Notes under the pieces: generated by a model
Databases searched by the model: none
Seen by the model: the letters and a program-made list of their open reading frames with translations, nothing else
What the model was told of the DNA's origin: nothing
DNA from: Protoeuglena noctilucae
Lineage: Eukaryota
Direction of reading: 5' to 3'
DNA: 64,000 bases
NCBI GenBank assembly: GCA_958009085.1
Contig: OY253681.1
Location: 496,001-560,000 of the forward strand
Shown here: positions 12,344-23,988 of the stretch, one piece after another
Numbering within the stretch: position 1 is the stretch's first letter
Layout: the number at the start of each line of letters is the position of its first letter
Translations under genes and position numbers: made by a program

Positions 12344-15300
12344 ATGCCATGGGCGCCTGCGCCACCCCACCCACGAACCCCTAGTCTGTCTCTGCGCGTG
12401 AGTGGCCCGTCGCTCGCCAGGCTCCGCGGTGGTCCCAATCAGGGCGGGGTTGATGGCCGCTATCCCTCCTCGCAGTCGCCCCAGCCCCTTCTACGAGTCA
12501 ATTTTGTAGCTTGTCGTTGCGAGAGGACCAGAGGGGCCCGTGCCTTTGCTACCGGCGGCGCCCCAGCTGGGGAGGCGCCCGCGTCCTCCGGCAACGAGCC
12601 AGGGCGTGCGCGTGGAAAGCGCAGCGCGGGGCATCGTCCGGATCGCTCCCGCCGCGAGATCCGTAAGGGCGTCAACCGGGCCCGGGAGGACCCGCGCGCG
12701 GCGCAGCGCAAGACCCCCAACGCCAACCGGATGGACGAGGGCCTCGCCTCGGCGCTCCTGCGCGCCCCGCCGGGCGGCATGGGCGAGGACGAGCAACTCA
12801 CGGTCGTGTTTGTAGGCGCGGAGTGCGCGCCGTGGTCGAAGGCCGGCGGGCTCGGCGACGTGATGCAGGTGCGTATCGCGCGCCGGCGCGGTGCCTGGCG
12901 CGCGCCGTGCGGCCCGGTGAGACACGTAGGCTTTCCCGAGTATCTCCGCAGGCTCTTCCCGTGGCCCTCGCCGCGCGCGGCCACCGCGTCATCACGGTGA
13001 CGCCGCGATACGCGTTTTACAGCGACGTGCCCTCCACCAACGTCCGTGTGCCTCTGGAGCTGCCCCGCGACGCACAGCGGGACCTCGGCAAGGGCGCTTC
13101 GCACGCGACGCTGTACGCGAGGGTGCAGGGGGGCGTCGCGCGCGTGTTCGTGGGCCACCCCGTCTTCCGAGCTCAGGAGCACCGCGACAGCCACGCCGTG
13201 TACGGGGCCGGCTACAGCGACGCGGGGGACGGTCTCGACCTTATGTACAGCGTCCTGTGCCAGGTGGGTTGCCTTTCAAGCACTCGTGCCCTGCACTGTG
13301 ACCCTGGCTCTTGCTCGCGTAGGTGCACGCCCGTGCGAGTGTTCCCCCATCACCCCCGCCTGCGCTGCGCTCGCAGGCGGCACTGGCCGCGCCGGCCCTC
13401 CTGGAGTCCCGTGCGTGGCAGGCCCTGTGCCCTGACGCGCCCCCTCCGGCCCCGGGCGTCGCCATGGCTGGCCCTGGCGGGGAGCGGCTGGTGTTCGTGC
13501 TGAACGACTGGCCGTCCGCGCCCCTGGCCCTGCGTCTCAAGAAGCACGTGCGCAACGGCGCGATGGCGGCGCGGTACCGCCGGGCGCTCAGCCGCCGCGC
13601 CGACGGCGACAGTCCCGGGGTGGCGGAGGTGGGCATGTCCGGTTCGTCCGACAGCGACACGGACGCCGTGCTGGCCCAGGCCGCCCACAGCTGGGGCCCG
13701 ATGTCCGAGTCGGACCTCCCCCGCCTCCGCGGCGACGCCAACGTGGGGCTCTCCGGCCACCGCCTNNNNNNNNNNNNNNNNNNNNNNNNNNNNNNNNNNN
13801 NNNNNNNNNNNNNNNNNNNNNNNNNNNNNNNNNNNNNNNNNNNNNNNNNNNNNNNNNNNNNNNNNNNNNNNNNNNNNNNNNNNNNNNNNNNNNNNNNNNN
13901 NNNNNNNNNNNNNNNNNNNNNNNNNNNNNNNNNNNNNNNNNNNNNNNNNNNNNNNNNNNNNNNNNGGGTCCTCTGCCGCGGCCGCCCTGTGCCTCTCGCA
14001 GGCCGCCCTGGACGACCTCCTGCAGCTCCCCGACTGGGTGCGGCGCCTCGACGGCGGCGCCGCGGGGCCGCGCTCCCCCGGGCCGCGGCGGCCAGGGCGC
14101 CCGGCGCACCTGCACTCCATGTCGGCCACCACGGGGGTCGCCGCGGGGCCGGGTCCGCGACGCGTGGCTAGCGTGGCGGCGGCGGGGACCCTGACGGGCG
14201 CGGCGGTGGGGAACGGGCACGACCTCGGCCTAGCGCTCAGCGGCGCGTCGGGGCTGGCGGTGGCGGCCGTGGCGGCTCGCGGTGCCGTGCGCGCGGCGGC
14301 GGCGGAGGGTAGGGCGGCGGGTGCGGCGGTCTCTGTGCCCGCGGTGCCCTTCAGCGAGCCGGCGACGCCGACGACGCAGTGGTGCGGGGATTTGGGGAGC
14401 GAGGGGGGCGAGTCCGTCACGGGGGCCCAACAGGGGGACGTTTTGGCGGGGGAGGTTGCAAATGGGGCGCTTGAAAGCCGCGTGTCGGAGCCGCCGGCCT
14501 TGGTGGCGGCGGTGAACGGCGCCGTCGCGGCGGCGGGGGCGCGCGGGGTGAGCGACGGGTGGGCAGGGACTGCCGAGGGGGAGCGGAAGGTGAACGACAA
14601 GCAGCAGGCGGGGGCAGAAACATCTGGGAAGGCGTTGGGGGCTGTGAATGGGGCTCTTGGAGCCAGCGCAGCGAATGGCGCGAAGGATGGTCATTTGGGG
14701 CCTTTGGGTGGTGCGGGAAATGGCGACACCAATGGCGGGGTTGAGGCGGAGAGGGTGCGTGGCAGTGCGGGAGAGAGCAGCCAGGGGGGCGAGGCCGAGC
14801 TGCGAGATGGGGTTCGGGGGAATGGGGTGGAAGCGGCCACGCCGAGCTCGAGCGAGGGTGGCAGGGGCGGAGAGGAGGGGTCTGGGGCGGTGGAGGGGAG
14901 GGCCGGGGCTCTCGAGTCAGGTCTGCGTGGGCTGTGGCGCACGGGGCAGTCGCTGATGGAGCGCGCGATGGGGTGGGCGACGGAGCAGCTGCGGTGGCGC
15001 AACGAGGGGCCGCTGTCGGCTGAGGCGGAGGCGGCCCGCGCCATGGGTCCACGCCGCCTGCCGCCGTCGGCACGGCGGGTGCTCGAGAGCGCGGCCATGC
15101 AGCGGGGGGACGTCAAGGCCAACTGGCTGCAGGCCGCCATTCGCCTCTCGGACATGCGGCTGACCGTGAGCCCCTCGTACGCGGAGGAGGTCCTCACGGG
15201 GGGCTCCACGGGCGCGGGCCTGAGTCAGGTCTTGCAAGATGCGGGAGGGATCCACGGTGAGCTGCCGGCTGCTGCTGCGGTATGCGTGACGGAAGCCGTG

Positions 15301-16926
15301 CCGTGCAACGACTGAGCTTTTGTTGGTGTCGCTCTAATCCCACCCGGCACCGCCCGGCGCGTATGCAGGGATCGTAAACGGCATCGATTTGCGCGAGTGG
15401 GACCCCGCGCGTGACGAGTTCCTGCCGGCGGAGGCGCGCTACTCCGTAGAGACCGTGTCTGCTGGCAAAGCGGCGTGCAAGGCGCTCGTGCAGAGGCGAG
15501 TGGAGCAAGCCGTGGCACCATTACGAGTATAACATATGTGGTGGCTCTCGTGCCGTGTTGCCGACAAAGAGACATCTCGTCGCAGTTGGTTTCACCTTCG
15601 CCATCTCCCCCACCATGTTGCAGGGAGCTGGGCCTGGTGGTTTCGGATCGGGAGCCCCTGGTGGTCTTTGTGGGGCGCCTGGAGAACCAGAAGGGGGTGG
15701 ACATTTTGCTATCGAGTCTGCCCGGCTTCATGGCTCCGAAGCTGCCGGCCATGCCGGGGGGCTTCGCATCCTTTGCCGCAGACGACCCGTTCGTGCAGAC
15801 AGCGCTCGCGGGGCCCGGGGCCATGCCCTACCAGCCCAGCGGCCTGATGCGGAAGGCCATCGAGCTGCTGGCCGAGGTGCAGGCGAGTGACCCGTGGGGC
15901 AGGGCAGGTCTCGCATCGACTAGCGGCGTTGCGGGACCGCATGGGACCCCTCATGGGATGGGGCATGACTCTGGCTCATGGCATGGGCAGCTCTGGTGGT
16001 GCCAGCGAGGGGATGGTTTCACCTCATGCCCCTCTGACGTGGTTGCAGAGGGAGCACCTGGTGATGACGTGCCCGACGCCTCAGTACGGCAAGACGGACG
16101 CAGGGCAAGTGTACACGCACCCGCAGGTGGTGGTGCTGGGGACGGGCAAGGTGAGCGGGGACGCCGGACACGCCGCGACTAGTCTGCGCCTTCACAGCTT
16201 CGTAGGCACGTCTGTGATGGCACATGCCCTTCCTCTCGCTCCCGCAGCAATGGTTAGAGGGGGCGATCCGCGACCTCTCAGCCACGTACCCTGCCCGTGC
16301 CGTTGGGTTGGCCAAGTTCGACATCCGCCTGTCGCACCTCCTCATGGGTGAGGGACGCCTGGGCGATGTGTGGACCTTACCATACCATGTCTGCCATCAC
16401 GCACAATATCAACTCGCTGGCTAAAGGTACCACTGGTACCCTAAACAGACTAGACAGAGCATTTCCTCTAAAATGGCTGCTTCCTTCGCCTCCCCGCAGC
16501 TGCCCATCCAGTCAAATAAAGCAAATCTTCCCTTGCCTCCCCGCAGCTGCCGCGGACTACTGTGTGGTGCCGTCCCGCTTCGAGCCGTGCGGCCTCGTGG
16601 CCCAGTGCGCCATGCGGTACGGGGCGATCCCCATCGTGTCCACCATCGGGGGGATGAAGGACTTCGTGTCTCCCAGTTTGGGGTACCTGATGGGTCCCGT
16701 GGGGAGCACCACGGGCCCGGAGCGCATGCGCGAGAGCGTGGCACTCATGGTGGCGGCCATGCACCAGGCGCTGGCTGACTACAACACCCCGGACTTCTAC
16801 CGGCGGCGGAGGGCGTGCATGATGCAGGACGTCGGCTGGGCCGGCCCCGCGAAGCTCTGGGAGGCGGCCATGCGGGGCCTGGTGGAGCTGGGGCGTAGCG
16901 TGCGAGGGGGCGAAGGCTCGCGATAG
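12344..16926 (+). CDS. Granule-bound starch synthase-like glycosyltransferase (GT5), divergent, with large insertions; spans an assembly gap
   Basis: Transit-peptide-like N-terminus, then VVFVGAECAPWSKAGGLGDV..LAARGHRVITVTPRY, VFVLNDW, ANWLQAAIRLSDMRLTVSPSYAEE, GIVNGIDLREWDP, VFVGRLENQKGVD and VVPSRFEPCGLVAQCAMRYGAIPIVSTIGGMKD. Confidence 0.88.
13766..13965. other. Assembly gap (200 N)
   Basis: Run of exactly 200 n inside the starch synthase gene; the true gap length is unknown. Confidence 1.
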
Positions 16927-17095
16927 AGGGCGGCTGGAGGCGGCGCATCACGCCGCTGCAGTGCCGTAGCATCGTAGCAACATGACGAGCCGTGTCAATT
17001 TCTCGTTAAAAGTAATGACGGCCGATGCGAGCGCGCACGCGACGCGCTGGGCTGCTGCTGCGTGTGGGGCACTGCCCTGGCTACCCGAGTCACGG

Positions 17096-19774
17096 TCACG
17101 TGTATGCGTACCCCCGCTTCTGCGGCGCCACGCCGTCTAACCTCCGCTGGAGGTGCTCGTAGCATCTCCGCTTGACGACGTCGAGGTAGAATGCGCGCCC
17201 AGACTCCATGGCATCACGGTAGGGGGACGAGCCCCGCTTGCTGGGCTCGAAGATGGTCGCCACCAAAGACACGCCCTTCTGCGAAAAGCGAGGCCGGGTG
17301 GGGGTGTTGCCAACATGTGTGGCCCCATGAGGCAGCAGCAGAAGCAACACACGAGGCTCCCGGCGTGGGCGTCGGCAGCGGCGGCAAACTAGAGCTCTCC
17401 ATGCCACCTTGTACACCCACGGGAGCACGATGGCGAGGGCCCAGCTGACGAGCGTCTCGGGGGGCGAGGACACGCGGACGTCCGTGTAGCACGTGAACCG
17501 CACCCGCGTGGACGGGACCACGTCCTTCCTCAGCCGCCCGTCCGCGTCGGCATACGCGGCCCGCAGCTCCTCCAAGGACATCCCGGGCCCCTCCTCGCCC
17601 GCACCCGCGCTCCGCCGCCTCCGCCGCCGCCCCACCCGCGCCCCCTGCCCCGCCTTGTCCCCGCTCGTCAGCGCCCGCGACAGCTCCGCCGCGGAGGTCG
17701 CACCCGGAAGCCCCTCATCGTCCTCGGCGCCACCCGCGCCCCTCGCCCGGTCCCTGAATCGCGCGTAGATCTCCCGCGCCTTGACCGGAACCTCGTGCGG
17801 GAAGACGGGCTCCACGAGGGCCCCCGTCCCCGGCTGGATCGAGGCCAGCACGCGCCCCGCAGGCACGGCCGGCATGGGCGTGGCCGTCGCCTCGAGGGCC
17901 TCCGGCACCGGGCCGTACTGCACGGCGAGGGTGAATGCCCCGATCTCGTCCAGCAGGTCGCCGAGGGCCATCTCGACGTGGGTGTGGCGGTTGCCGAAGG
18001 GAAATGGGAACCACGCGCTGCCGTAGAAGAAGAACTTGGACATGGAGGCGCGGAAGCGGGTGACTGGGTCGAGCATGAAGGGGTTCCACATGCGCATGAG
18101 GTCCCACTGCGGGCAGGGGGGCTGAGGGCGCCTCGCACGGCATCCAAGCAGGTGAGAGGGCGTCGAGGCTGTCGAGCACGCACGCCTCACCTCCCACACC
18201 ATGCAGACGACCTCCCAGGGCGCGGCGGGCACGCTGGCCTCGATGCTCAGCGCGTGCACCATGCCGCCCGGCTCCTTGGGTGGCCGCCACCGGATGGCGT
18301 ACTCGTGCCCCAGCGCCACGTCCGCAAAGACCAGGTACCCGTCTGCGTCCATCGTGACGTTCTGGACTCCCGTGTAGGCGGCCTGGGCGTCCTCGGCGAT
18401 CCACGCCCGCAGCAGGGCGGGCTGTCGGCACATGACCCGCAGGCCCTCGCTCAGGGGGACGTATGGCGCCGATCCCGACACCGAGTAGGTGGGGCCTGAG
18501 GCGCCAAACAGGGACGCCAGGCCTGAGGCACGAGGGCGGGCCGTAGAGCCTGAGGGGGCGGGCACAGGGAGGGGTCGGCGCATGGAGCAGTCGAGTGACA
18601 TGAAACTCAAGAGGTGGCTGCCTGTAGCTTCGAGCGTTCACGCGCCCCACCTGTGGCGCTGGGCCGCGGCGCCGCCAGTCCCGCTCTCACGGCCTCCCGT
18701 GCGCGCCGCAGCAGGTGCTCCTCGGACTCCTGGAGGGCGTCGCGGAGGCGGTCGCGCATGGAGCCCAGGAAGCCCCGGCCCTCGTGGGAATGCGAGTCGG
18801 CAGCGGACGAGGGGACCTGGCCCAGCATCCCATTAACTGCGCCGTTCGTGGCGCTGGGGCGGGCCTTGCGGCTGCGTCGAAAGCCAGGCCAGTTGAGATG
18901 AGGGATGAGACAGTCACGCTTGGTGGCAGGCAGCCTAGCGCGTCGAGGTGCAACTGCGCCCCCCTCACCTGCTGCCAACATGGGCGAGCCAGTGAATCCC
19001 GCCCAGCAGCTGGGCCACGGGGAAGATTACGATGGCGAGCAGAAGTCGAAGGAGGAAAACGAGGAACCCAAACGCCTTTCCAAACAGGGCCTGTGGAGCA
19101 GGAGAGGTCGACACAGGTTGCAACGACCGCTGGGACCCAGGACAGCGAGGCCTGTCCTTGTTGTCCGAACCAAGCAGACGCACCAGTGGCCCTGTCCAGG
19201 TGCGCGTCTTGAGCTTGTGCGCCAGTTTGTCACTGCCGCCGCACTCCAGGTCGAATGCCTGAGCGACGATGGGGCAGATGCGGTCGAAATCGTGGTGTGT
19301 GACGAGGGGAAGAAGGGCATTGGCTTTGACCACTTGTGCCTGGTCGTACAGCCTCAGAATCTCCATGATAATGTCCAGGGAGGAGCAGTGGTGCCATCGG
19401 TTCATGAAGAACTTACTGTGCAAAGTCTCTGCGGCCTCAATCACGGACGCGGGCAGCCCACATGGCCTGCGAAGACGAGGAGCGTGTTCGTGTTGGACAG
19501 GGCCGGCGAATGGCCACGGCAGGCATGGGGCTTGCATGTGGCCCCTGGTCCCTCACTTGTAGAAGCCCTGCTCGAACGGCTCGTCGGTTACCAGCCTCCC
19601 CACGCGGTATCCCGCACGCTTTCGATCATGGCTTCCATGGGGAGACTTCTGGAAAAGAAATAGGCGCTGGACTGGTCGCAACAGCAGCTACCAAGGCAGA
19701 AGTATGCTGCGCGGGAAAATTGCGGTAAAGTGCCTTGCCTTCGAGCCCCAGATCCACCCGCATATATGCTTCAT
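17096..19774 (-). CDS. Hypothetical protein: unknown N-terminal domain + predicted TM helix + START/SRPBCC-like lipid-binding domain; 5' end uncertain
   Basis: Phase-compatible introns (about 19091-19183 and 18872-18968) join SVIEAAETLHSKFF..LYDQ, the hydrophobic ALFGKAFGFLVFLLRLLLAIVIFPVAQLL, and a START-like region HALSIEASVPAAPWEVVCMVWEWDLMRMWNPF..FYGSAWFPFPFGNRHT..PPETLVSWALAIVLP. Confidence 0.55.
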
Positions 19775-20064
19775 TCACGATCACGTCCTGTGAGTAACCG
19801 CAAGCTCTCAGGCCTCTCCTGGCATTGCCCCTGTGCGGCGCGGTTGCTGTAATTTGCTGCGCAGCGTCTTTCCGCGAAACGGGGAACGAGTGTGCGACTT
19901 CAGTCTGTGCACTGTCAAATGCGAAGCATATCGGCCCAGGATTCGTCAAGAATCACCGCTTTCACCACCACCAGCAGTGAAACACCAGAAGATCCGCCCC
20001 GAGCTTCAACGGGAGCCCACGACACCCCCCCCTCCTGACATCCACTCATCCGCAGGAGAGTGAC

Positions 20065-20881
20065 ATGCAAGCGTGTGGTGTGGCATCGGCCCTCAGGCCC
20101 CCATGTCTGGGCCCTGACCGGGCGGGGCATGCGGCTGTAGCGACTCGATGCGCCCCGCGCGGAAGCAGCCGACTTAGCCGCGCCGTCCCGTCGGCGACCC
20201 CTGTGCCTAGCGCGGCGCTGGCAGCACCGGCGGCGGCCAGTTCCGCGGCCCTGACTGCCATCGGCCCCGCATTTGGCTGGGTCGTGACCGTCGTGGGGCT
20301 GAGCGGCGTGATGCTCACGTGGATGGTGATCGGAGTTGCCAAGGCACGCCGAGCGGCAGGCGTGGCGGTGAGGATCGCGTGCTTTGCGTTGCCGCGGGAG
20401 AGGCGCCGGTCCGACGCAGAGACGACCCTCATCCCACACTCTGTCCTGCCCAAAGTATCCCGCCGTTTACGCCGAGGAGGACACGGAAGCGGCGCAGAAG
20501 TTCAACTGTGCCATGCGCACGCACTACAACACGCTGGAGCAGGTGTGGGGCTGATCACGGGCCACGCTGCTCTCACGCTCTCTAATCTCTGCCACTTCCG
20601 ATGTACGTCCGAACCTCCGTCCTTGACCACAGTTCCCCATCTTTTTGGGCACGCTTCTGACCCTCGGGCTCACGCGGCCGCGGGTGGCTGCCGTGGCAGG
20701 CCTGATCTGGCTGGTGGCGAGGGTGCACTACTTCCGGGAGTACAGCAGCGGCGACCCCCAGAGGAGGCATAAGGCCAGCGGGGTGTCCTTCTTGGTCGTC
20801 ATGTTCCTCATCGGCTCGACGGTGGTCATGGGCCTCGGCATGACCGGGGTGGTGCAGGCCCTCCTCCGCCAGCTGCTGTAG
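20065..20881 (+). CDS. MAPEG-family membrane protein (microsomal glutathione S-transferase 3-like) with N-terminal extension
   Basis: FGWVVTVVGLSGVMLTWMVIGVAKARR..YPAVYA..KFNCAMRTHYNTLEQFPIFL..AAVAGLIWLVARVHYFREYSSGDPQRR; two introns. Confidence 0.85.
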
Positions 20882-20943
20882 ACCCTAGACAGCGCAGAGT
20901 TCAGATATGGGAGGCACGGCATGCGTCGACCCGAAATTAACTA

Positions 20944-21795
<852 letters not shown>

Positions 21796-22210
21796 GGCCC
21801 CTCCCTCCGCAGGACAGCGCGCCTTGCACACGTCAGCAAATGCCAAGGTGGCAATTCGTCGCGGGAATCGCGTGTAAGGACGGGGCGGGCTTGCACGCTG
21901 TGTGCGCGTTCCCCGATGGCGACTGAGCTCGCTGCGCGGTGTACGACGGCCTGCCTGTAACACAGTGGTTCCACGATCAAGTACATGCCGGGGAGATGGT
22001 GCACGTCGGCTCAGAGGCGTGGGGAGCAAGCGGGTCTCCCGTCTGACCATGACTCGAGTGTCAGATTTGCAGAAGCTGCTTTCAAAACGCTCGGTCACCC
22101 AGTTGGCCGACAACGTTCGAGCGGACGGGGAGATCGGGCTTTGGAGGCCTGTGCAGCGGCGGGACGCCCGCGGACTGCTCACCCTTACATCTAGGGAGAC
22201 CCGGGGAGCC

Positions 22211-23554
22211 ATGCTGAGGCACGTGGGCGCGAAGGTCTTGCCGGCGTTGGTGGAGGCCGGGACGGTGGGATCCCGGCTCGCGGCATGCAGCATCCACTCG
22301 AGCGCCTCCACCTGTGAGTCCCCGCCACCTGTGCGCTCGTGGATGCAAGCATTTCGCGATAAGATAGTCGGGGAGTCGTATCGGTCGCGGGGATCGCGTG
22401 CCTCCCTCTTGCTGGTGCGGGAACGCTTGCTCGTGCCGCCCCGCGGGGGGAACCGGCCGTGGAGGACATCTATGGGAATATTCCCGGCTGCGCTCCGACG
22501 TGCAATGCGCTAAGAATGGCGGGCACCTCCGCAGTTGGCTTCGCTTGCACGTTCGGCCCCTGCGCGGGGTATGCCGCCCCTTTCCTAGCCCCCTACCCTC
22601 TCCGATAGAGAGTTCGCGTCCCCGTGCTCGCAGCCGGGCGGGCGGGCGACTATTCGTGGCGGCCTTCGGACCGTGACGCCCCGAAGGACTTCGCCGAGGC
22701 CCTCGACCACAACTGGTCCGTGTTCGCGCTCCCGGACTTCTTCCGCGCCATGTCGCTGACGCTCAAGTACTTCTCCGACCGCAAGGTCCGTCGCCGCGTG
22801 CCGGCCGGGCGGTGCGGGCGGTGAACAGGCCGCCCAAGTCGCCTGGCGAGACGTCGACGCTTCCCCCCGCGGGTGCGCACGCAGGTCACGATCAACTACC
22901 CGTTCGAGAAGGCCCCCACGTCGCCACGCTTCCGCGGGGAGCACGTGCTGCGGCGGTACCCCACGGGGGAGGAGCGGTGCATCGCGTGCAAGCTCTGCGA
23001 GGCCGTGTGCCCGGCCCAGGCCATCACCATCGAGGCCGAGGAGCGCGAGGACGGGTCGAGGAGGACGACGCGCTACGACATCGACATGACTAAGTGCATC
23101 TACTGCGGGTTCTGCCAGGTGAGCGCGATGGTCGGGCCAACCGGTTGTGCCAGTTGGACGCGGAGCCGGGGGCAATCAGGCTTCGAGTTTCTTGTTGGGA
23201 TGACGGAGCCATTGTCGCCGGCAGCGTGCGGCGATCGGACCACTCACTCGCCGACCGCCGTGTGGACTTCGCAGGAGGCCTGCCCCGTGGATGCGATCGT
23301 GGAGGGCCCGAACGCCGAGTTTGCGACGGAGACGCGGGAGGAGCTGCTGTACGACAAGCAGAAGCTCCTGGAGAACGGGGACAAGGTGGGAGATGGCATT
23401 TTCTGTGTGCGGGAGTGGGTCTCGGTGACACTTCACATGAGTCTTTGACTGGGTTGGCCGGCTCTGCCGCACACGGAATCTGCGCTGTGTTCGTCTCGCG
23501 CAGTGGGAGATCGAGATCGCCCAGAACCTCAAGACGGAAGCCATGTATCGCTGA
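22211..23554 (+). CDS. NDUFS8: NADH dehydrogenase (complex I) iron-sulfur subunit NDUFS8/TYKY, mitochondrial
   Basis: Presequence-like exon 1 ([34 protein letters not shown], donor GTGAGT at 22314). Then [43 protein letters not shown] and [16 protein letters not shown] (two 4Fe-4S motifs), ending [16 protein letters not shown]. Confidence 0.96.
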
Positions 23555-23988
23555 CGTGGTCCCTGCGTACCTGAGGGGGCTGCCCTGGAGGGATCATCGG
23601 ACGACAGCAGGAGGAGGGGAAGGGTCAGACTTTGCTGCTTTTCAAAATGTCATGCGTGCTAGCGAGACTAAATCAGACTCTGTGGGAACCTGTACGCCTG
23701 CGCACGTTGAATTGTGGGTGCTGAGAAGCTGTGTGTTCAACCTACCCCCGTGGCTGCTCTCTGTGGTGACGCTTGGATGTGAGGAAAGCCAAAATTATCA
23801 AGTTTTCCACGTTTCGACCAGCTGGACCCGCCTGACAACTGGCGCCGGTGTGCCAGGGGAGCTGTGGCGAGGCTGAGGCGACTGTCCACGCACGCAGGTG
23901 GCAAACCCCGAACCAGTTTGGCGCCCCATCCGAAGTGGGTGGCGTGGCGTGGATTTTCGTGACTCCATGGCGGTCTGAGGCGCGGAAG

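Noticed and set aside
22472..22568. Apparent in-frame TAA in a possible NDUFS8 first exon, suggesting TAA/TAG-to-Gln reassignment
   Set aside because: A better exon 1 (22211-22313, donor GTGAGT, correct phase) places this TAA in an intron. TAA and TAG also act as normal stops elsewhere (ARL1, MAPEG, CBF5, EML, sphingosine kinase).
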